Assembly (NCBI GenBank): GCA_947085185.1
Contig: CAMTVK010000021.1
Span: forward strand, 64,001-128,000
Origin: Candidatus Fraserbacteria bacterium
GTDB lineage: Bacteria > Bipolaricaulota > Bipolaricaulia > RBG-16-55-9 > DRXL01
Direction of reading: 5' to 3'
Length of the DNA stretch: 64,000 bases
Below the pieces are notes generated by a model that was not told the DNA's origin, did no database searches, and saw only the letters and a list, made by a program, of their open reading frames with translations. Positions 58,425-64,000 of this stretch are shown one piece after another; the stretch's first letter is position 1, and every line of letters starts with the position of its first letter. A program made the translations under genes and the position numbers.

Positions 58425-58877
58425 TTACTTGGTGTCGGGCTTGGGCCGGACCGGCAGACGGATGAACTCAATATGGGGATGGGTCGCGAGCTTCAGCAGC
58501 GCTTTGATGGGAACGAGCGCTTGCAACTGATTCTCATAATCCGTCTCTACCCTGCCCTCTAGGGCTTCTTCTATAGCCCAGCGAAGTTCTTCGAGCGCCT
58601 CGGAGTTTATTGCTTCAATCACGACGACGACTTTGCCATCTTGGAGATCTTGCTCAAAGCCGTTCTCCTTGGCGAACTTTGCGGGATCAGGCGCGACAAT
58701 CAGCCCGACCAACCGCTCTTGCAGCTTCGGGTAATCATCAGGATTGAGAGTCATCGTTGGCTCCGGCTGAGAGATGGGGGACGAGCTTGGGCGCGGCGCC
58801 ATAGCGATATACCAGAACGCCCCAGCCACAAGCACAAGCACGACCAACGCTAAAAAAAATCCCGGCGTCCTCGGCAT
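58425..58877 (-). CDS. Membrane-anchored protein resembling the S8 propeptide domain
   Basis: N-terminal TM; C-terminal ~60 aa align by eye with the neighbouring protease's prodomain. Confidence 0.7.
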   Translation of the reverse strand: MPRTPGFFLALVVLVLVAGAFWYIAMAPRPSSSPISQPEPTMTLNPDDYPKLQERLVGLIVAPDPAKFAKENGFEQDLQDGKVVVVIEAINSEALEELRWAIEEALEGRVETDYENQLQALVPIKALLKLATHPHIEFIRLPVRPKPDTK

Positions 58878-58890
58878 AGCGTGACCTCCT

Positions 58891-60210
58891 TTAGGCTCTC
58901 CGGACGATGAGCGTGCCGTTCTCAATGCGCTCGACGCGCACTGATTCACCAGGCTTGATCGGTCCGTCTACCGCCGTCGCTCTCCAGTACTCGCCCGTGA
59001 TAAAGACCATCCCCGTGGGGTTGAGCTCGTCGCGCGCGGTGCCCACCGCGCCGATCATCCCTTCTTTGCCCGTGGCTACGGGCTTGCGCTGAATCAATAA
59101 GCCCTTCGTCACCATGAAGACAAAAAGTGCCGTGATCGTCCCAACGGTCGCAAAGATACTGATGGGCGAGATACTGAGCGCCGGAGCTTCGAAGCTCTCA
59201 AAGTTAAAGAGCATAAACGACCCGATCAACAGCGAGATCACTCCACCAATAGTCAATGCTAGATGCGTCGGCGTAAAGAGATCGATGACCATTAACGCTG
59301 CTCCCAAGAGCATGAACGCGAGCCCTGCGACGTTAAAGGGCAAGACCTGCAAGCCCAATAGCGCCAGCAACAGACAGATCGCGCCGCCGATCCCCACCCC
59401 AAAGCCGGGCGTGAAAAACTCTGCGATCAGTGCGTAAATCCCAATAGTCAGCAACAGATAGACCACATTAGGGTCGGCCAAGTAATTCATCACTAGTTCT
59501 TTGAAGGTGCGCTCGTAGGTCTTGAGCGCCACGCCGGACGTCTGCACGCGTATCGTCTGGCCGTCGCGCTGGAGCTCATAGCCGTCCAGACGCGCAAGAA
59601 GCTCTTCGCGGCTGTTGGCGATCAGATTAATAATATTATTCTGCAGGGCTTCTTTGGCGGTGAGCGACTTGCCTTCCAAGACGAACTTCTCGGCCCATTC
59701 TTTGGAGCGCCCGCGTTTTTCTGCGATCTTCCGTGCTTCCGAAGCCACGAATTCTAAGATCTTTCTGCGGGCGGGGTCTTCTGAGCTGGGCTGCTCGCCC
59801 TCGCCGGGGCCCATGGAGATTGGGGTCGAAGAGCCGATATTAGTCCCTTCGGCCATGGCGGCGATATCCGCGGCCATGGTGATAAATGCTCCAGCAGAAG
59901 CAGCGCGCGCGCCTGCAGGTCCCACCCAGACCACTATGGGGATTGGGGCATTCAAGATCGCCGTGACCATGTCTTTGGTGGACTCGAGCAATCCGCCGGG
60001 GGTGTCCAGACGAATCACTAACAGCGATGCGCCATCGCGATGGGCTTCAGCAATGATGCGCAGCAGAAAATCTTTGGTGATGGGGTTGATGGAGCTTTCC
60101 AGCTCGGAGTAAGCGACCAATGGGGTAGGGGCTTGGGGCTGGCCCAGCGCGAGGGCGACTCCCAAGCCCAGCGATATCAACCCGAGCCCGACTCGTATGA
60201 CGTGGCGCAT
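58891..60210 (-). CDS. nfeD: NfeD family membrane serine protease (ClpP-like domain, TM region, OB fold)
   Basis: LDTPGG, ARAASAG, GEYWRA. Confidence 0.9.
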   Translation of the reverse strand: MRHVIRVGLGLISLGLGVALALGQPQAPTPLVAYSELESSINPITKDFLLRIIAEAHRDGASLLVIRLDTPGGLLESTKDMVTAILNAPIPIVVWVGPAGARAASAGAFITMAADIAAMAEGTNIGSSTPISMGPGEGEQPSSEDPARRKILEFVASEARKIAEKRGRSKEWAEKFVLEGKSLTAKEALQNNIINLIANSREELLARLDGYELQRDGQTIRVQTSGVALKTYERTFKELVMNYLADPNVVYLLLTIGIYALIAEFFTPGFGVGIGGAICLLLALLGLQVLPFNVAGLAFMLLGAALMVIDLFTPTHLALTIGGVISLLIGSFMLFNFESFEAPALSISPISIFATVGTITALFVFMVTKGLLIQRKPVATGKEGMIGAVGTARDELNPTGMVFITGEYWRATAVDGPIKPGESVRVERIENGTLIVRRA

Positions 60211-60234
60211 ACTACAATGGTGGAGGTGGCGGGA

Positions 60235-60944
60235 CAGCATTTCCAGTCCTTTCGAACTGGGCTGGACTATGCCTTCATCCCTTGCGGGATGCGGGGCGTG
60301 TTAGCGCTTGCATGAAGCGCTCCTAGTACCCACCCTCCCCACAAAGAAGAGTGGAGTCGGTGGGCCTATGAGTCTCTACAGGGCCGGCCTGAGGTTAGCC
60401 CCCTTCCGACCCCTCGGCGTTGCCATCGTGTGTTTGGGCACACAAGCAGGCTTCGCCGATGTGAGCCCCGTTGTCACCTAGACATCGCTGCCTAGGGCGA
60501 CCTTGTGAGGTTATGGCGAAGAATTCTTTAATAAACTGCTCTCGTTGCTTTAATAGCTCGGCAGAGTATCTGCCGTTGCGGGGTGTAAGAGCTCGATAGC
60601 GATATAGCACCAGCTCTGCTCGGTGTCGTTTGTAGCTTCGCAAATGAGACGCAACTTGCTTAAGAAGAGCAAGAGCTTGGGCGTTAGATATGGCATACGT
60701 ATAGCTAGGCGTATGCTCAGGCTTATAGACGCGCTTCGTTGTAATCCGACCGGCGCCAACCACCTTCTGCACCCACGCCAGCACTGAGTGCTCCGTACTG
60801 CTGATCGAAACCAGCAGATGTCGATGGGCGCCTCGGTACTTACGAGTGAGGGTGATGGTGCCCTCACCGTCAATTAATCCGGCAAGATAAGCGCGTTCAG
60901 CTGTGGTCAGCTCTCTGACACCCTGCACCATAACCTCGATGTTG
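60235..60944 (-). mobile_element. Group I intron (IA3-like core) in the tmRNA T-loop, 710 nt
   Basis: Exon ends in U, intron ends in G. Core ATCGGCGAAGCC..GGCAACGCCGAG, GTAGAGACT, P3 GGGGC/GCCCC, P8 CATCCC-GCAA-GGGATG, AAGGCATAGTCC, P9 hairpin. Confidence 0.9.
60395..60931 (-). CDS. Single-motif LAGLIDADG homing endonuclease inside the tmRNA intron
   Basis: AYLAGLIDGEGTI motif followed by a typical LAGLIDADG beta-sheet pattern. Confidence 0.9.
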   Translation of the reverse strand: MVQGVRELTTAERAYLAGLIDGEGTITLTRKYRGAHRHLLVSISSTEHSVLAWVQKVVGAGRITTKRVYKPEHTPSYTYAISNAQALALLKQVASHLRSYKRHRAELVLYRYRALTPRNGRYSAELLKQREQFIKEFFAITSQGRPRQRCLGDNGAHIGEACLCAQTHDGNAEGSEGG

Positions 60945-61317
60945 ATCGAACCCGCGTCCGGAGATGCTTTCGCTTGGCATCTACAGGCTTAGTTCGGTGT
61001 TTTGCTTTGAGATCAGCCGCTCCCACCGAACAGGATCGGCTGATCCGAGCTCCATTGAGAGATTCCCACGCGCCCCAGAGCTGAGCGCGCGGTCAGCCCG
61101 TTTTGTCGGTCCCTTGCGCGAGCCAACGGGCAAAGCTCCGCGCAAGAGATGCCTCCCTTAGTTCAGAGAAGCAGTAGCGTAAGCAAAGTTGTTGGCACTT
61201 ATGGGCCATCGGCCGTTTTTGGGAGGTGGCCGCAACTCCGCCTGCAGCCTCCCTGCCGCATCCCCGTCGAATCCAGTGCACCCCCATGTCAAAGACCATG
61301 CGCGCTGCGCACCTTAT

Positions 61318-61345
61318 ATTATAGCAGAAGATTGTGCGCCTTCAA
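61318..61345 (-). promoter_or_regulatory. ssrA promoter
   Basis: TTGAAG-16 bp-TATAAT with extended TG, about 30 nt upstream of the mature 5' end. Confidence 0.6.
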
Positions 61346-61348
61346 CTA

Positions 61349-62308
61349 TTACGGGCGCTCCAGCTGGAGCGTCGCCTCCGGGAAGGCTTCTAAGACCGGG
61401 ATGCCCAGCCAATCCGAAGGAATGACCAATCCCAACGCGGCCAGCACCGTTGCTGCCGTATCGTAGATACGAATGGGCTGAGCGAGCTCGCGCCCGATCT
61501 CGATCCGTGAGGTCCACAATATCCAAGGGATCGTCAGGTCTCTGGGGTCGTCGGTGCCGTGGATGCGCCCATGCCCCCCATGATCGGCTGTGACGATGAT
61601 CACGGAGTCATTGAGGATCTTTAAGTCTTCGAGATTCCTGAGCAAAAGCCCAATCGCCTTGTCCACCCGCTCAATCGCTTGGAGCTGCCGCACGGTCATC
61701 CAGCCATAGCGATGGCCCACGTCGTCCACGTCCGACAGATGCAGAAAGACCAATCGCGGACGGTGCTCTGAAATATATTCTATCGCTTCTTTGATCAGGG
61801 TTTGCGCATCGCTATTGATGACAAAGAGCGGGGTCTTTGGTGGGAAGAGCTGCTCGAGCTTGCGCTTGCTCACAAACGCTGCGGTCGAGATATGGTCTCC
61901 CTGGGCGATCTCAAAGATAGTGGGCACGGTGATGCGTCCCAGCTCGGGAGCCCAGTAATTCCAAGTAATGCGATGGCGCTCCGGAGGGACGCCGCTCAGC
62001 AGCGACGCTATCGCGGGCAACGTCAAGCTGGGCAGCACCGTCTGGGCGGTCCAACTGTAGAGCCCGGACTGCCAGAGTCTGTCAAGATTTGGAGTCTGAG
62101 CCCGCTGCAGCGCATCAGGGCGCAGCCCATCAACGACGATGACGAAAACAAAATAGTCTTTCACCGTGAAATGGCGTACTTTTGGAGGCAGCGGGGAGAT
62201 CGTCGGAGGAGGCGGCGGGGGCGCCACGACTGAAACCGAAGGGGCCTGAGGAGGCGGCAGGCTCCCCAAGGCGACAAAGAGCAAAAAGAGCAAGAATTCA
62301 AAGCGCAT
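61349..62308 (-). CDS. Alkaline phosphatase superfamily / nucleotide pyrophosphatase-like protein
   Basis: VDGLRPD, PSLTLP, DDVGH, TADHGG. Confidence 0.85.
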   Translation of the reverse strand: MRFEFLLFLLFVALGSLPPPQAPSVSVVAPPPPPPTISPLPPKVRHFTVKDYFVFVIVVDGLRPDALQRAQTPNLDRLWQSGLYSWTAQTVLPSLTLPAIASLLSGVPPERHRITWNYWAPELGRITVPTIFEIAQGDHISTAAFVSKRKLEQLFPPKTPLFVINSDAQTLIKEAIEYISEHRPRLVFLHLSDVDDVGHRYGWMTVRQLQAIERVDKAIGLLLRNLEDLKILNDSVIIVTADHGGHGRIHGTDDPRDLTIPWILWTSRIEIGRELAQPIRIYDTAATVLAALGLVIPSDWLGIPVLEAFPEATLQLERP

Positions 62309-62831
62309 AGAGCTCTGGGCGCAAGCGGGGGATGAGCGCCATCAGCACGGCTTGCTCAGTGAGCTGCTCGCGCGTCAAGAGATTCTTGGAGAGATAGCCA
62401 ATCGCGCCCCCTTTGTGACCGATCTTGTCTATGCCCGTCAGCTCACTCATGACGTCTCCCACGGTCCGTCCCTGAAGCACCTGCTCGATCACTCTGAGCG
62501 GATAGACAAACCCTGAGCCGTGCCCTACCGTAAGCGTGCCATCTTGGCCGATAATCGCACAGAACTGCACGTCGAAATAGAGCTGTAAGCTCTTGTGCCA
62601 CATCAGCCCCGCTTCGATTCCTACGCCAAAGTCGGCGTCTTGGAGGGCTCTTTTGGCGCGTTCGCAGGCCCCTTTCGCGATATCATCGTCGAAGGGCTGC
62701 AAGGGCACGCCCGACTCGACAGAGATCAGACGGACTTCTGTCGGGCCCAAGGCGCGCACAAAGACCCTCTTCACCGCTTGTGCTTTGATGGGGTTGTTCG
62801 ACCCTACATGCACGCGTATCACAGCGTTCAT
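62298..62831 (-). CDS. yjjX: Inosine/xanthosine triphosphatase
   Basis: VGSNNPIK, SGV..QP, GVGIEAG, GAIGYLS..LTR. Confidence 0.88.
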   Translation of the reverse strand: MNAVIRVHVGSNNPIKAQAVKRVFVRALGPTEVRLISVESGVPLQPFDDDIAKGACERAKRALQDADFGVGIEAGLMWHKSLQLYFDVQFCAIIGQDGTLTVGHGSGFVYPLRVIEQVLQGRTVGDVMSELTGIDKIGHKGGAIGYLSKNLLTREQLTEQAVLMALIPRLRPELYAL

Positions 62832-63004
62832 ATTATGACAGAAGATCTCACACGAGGCAATGACACCCTTCTCAGTATCACGGGATTTTCACGCCCTCAC
62901 CCCTTGCGCTCCCCTCTCCCTTCTTAAGGTGAGGGCTCCCTACTAGCCAAAACGCCATCCTTCCGTTACAATAAGCGTCATCCAATACCCTCAAGGAGAG
63001 ACCC

Positions 63005-64000
63005 ATGCTGGACATCAAACCGATCCGTGAGAACCCTCAAGAGATCGAGCGGCGTCTGCGCACCAGAGATGAGACTCTTTCGCTAGGCCCGCTGCTTGCG
63101 CTCGATGAGGAGCGCCGCAGGCTCATCAGCCAAGTGGAGCAGCTCAAGGCGCAGCGCAACAAAGCCACAGAACAGATCGCGCAGCTTAAGCGCTCCGGCA
63201 AAGAGAGTGAAGCACAGAATCTCATCGCCGAGATGGGGCATCTTGCTGATCAGATCAAGGTGCTCGATGGCAAGCTCGCCCAGATCGAACACGAGATCGA
63301 AGATCTCTTGGCACGCCTGCCCAACCTGCCCCACGAGAGCGTCCCCGTCAGCCCCAATAAGGGCGACAAGAAAATCCTGAGAGAGTTCGGGCAGAAGCCG
63401 AATCTTTCGTTCCCGTTTAAGAGTCACGTCGAACTGGGAGAGCACCTAGGGCTATTGGACTTCCCTCGGGCAGCAAAGATCGCCGGCTCGCGCTTCCCCC
63501 TCTATCGGGGCAAGGGCGCCCTCGTGGAGATGGCCCTCGTCTTCTTCATGCTGCGCTACCAGACCGAAAAGAACGGCTACATCCCAATCTTCCCGCCGTT
63601 TTTGGGCAACCCCGAAAGCTTCTTTGCCGCAGGCCAGCTGCCCAAGTTCGCCGACCAAGTCTACTTCTGCCCCGAAGATAAACTCTATCTCAACCCGACC
63701 GCTGAAGTCTTGCTCGCCAATCTCCATCGCGATGAGATCTTAGATGGCGCCCAGCTCCCCCTAAAATATTGCGCCTATACCGCGTGCTTTCGCAGGGAGG
63801 CCGGCACCTACGGCGAAGAAGAGAAAGGGCTCATCCGGATGCATCAGTTCAACAAAGTCGAGCTGTTCAAGTTCACCAAGCCCGAAGAGTCCTACACGGA
63901 ATTAGAGAGCTTGGTCGAGGACGCCGAAGATATTCTCAAAGAGCTCAATGTGCACTACCGGGTCGCGCTGTTGCCCACGTGCGACTTGGCGCAACAGTCA
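63005..64000 (+). CDS. serS: Serine--tRNA ligase, 3'-truncated by the window edge
   Basis: Read manually: MLDIKPIRENP.., LPNLPHESVP, GQLPKF, LNPTAEV, CFRREAG, GLIRMHQFNKVE; AAGGAG SD. Confidence 0.93.
   Translation, partial: MLDIKPIRENPQEIERRLRTRDETLSLGPLLALDEERRRLISQVEQLKAQRNKATEQIAQLKRSGKESEAQNLIAEMGHLADQIKVLDGKLAQIEHEIEDLLARLPNLPHESVPVSPNKGDKKILREFGQKPNLSFPFKSHVELGEHLGLLDFPRAAKIAGSRFPLYRGKGALVEMALVFFMLRYQTEKNGYIPIFPPFLGNPESFFAAGQLPKFADQVYFCPEDKLYLNPTAEVLLANLHRDEILDGAQLPLKYCAYTACFRREAGTYGEEEKGLIRMHQFNKVELFKFTKPEESYTELESLVEDAEDILKELNVHYRVALLPTCDLAQQS

Larger units (their letters stand above)
60218..61285 (-). ncRNA. ssrA: tmRNA (exon 1 61285-60945, exon 2 60234-60218), interrupted by a group I intron
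   Basis: 5' GGGGGTGCACTGGATTCGAC; acceptor GGGGGTG/CACCTCC-ACCA with G3.U70; tag ORF after ATAAGT; spliced T-arm GCGGG-TTCGATT-CCCGC. Confidence 0.93.

Noticed and set aside
60218..60950. Genomic island integrated at the tmRNA 3' end
   Set aside because: There is no integrase and no duplicated 3' fragment. The two parts are complementary halves joined by a group I core.

Overview
GC-rich bacterial chromosomal window. Gene content (many archaeal-like genes, Tat-exported binding proteins, both gltX and glnS) suggests a deep-branching thermophile such as Bipolaricaulota/Acetothermia; this is inference only. It opens in the 3' part of a 23S rRNA gene interrupted by three group I introns (about L1931, L1951 and L2262 in E. 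coli numbering; only the last carries a LAGLIDADG ORF), followed by 5S rRNA. The middle holds housekeeping genes (liv ABC transporter, folE, thiL, argF, ilvE, gltX, glnS, folC-folB-folK-rng, tRNA-Val, pyrF, trkAH, trmY, pcm, ltaE), several toxin-antitoxin modules, a protoglobin-MarR operon with a palindromic operator, and a cell-surface repeat-protein cluster. The end holds an intein-containing class II RNR, mutM, an S8 protease beside a stand-alone propeptide-like gene, nfeD, tmRNA and a partial serS. Most notable: (1) the tmRNA gene is split in its T-loop by a group I intron carrying a LAGLIDADG homing endonuclease; (2) an unannotated 47-aa peptide gene with its own promoter and terminator precedes a membrane HD-GYP gene and a DUF5317-like gene, a candidate peptide-signalling system; (3) the 23S intron endonuclease has its stop codon in the downstream exon; (4) a HEPN-MNT islet is bounded by a 35-bp direct repeat at the gltX 3' end. 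All calls are from reading the sequence; no searches were run.
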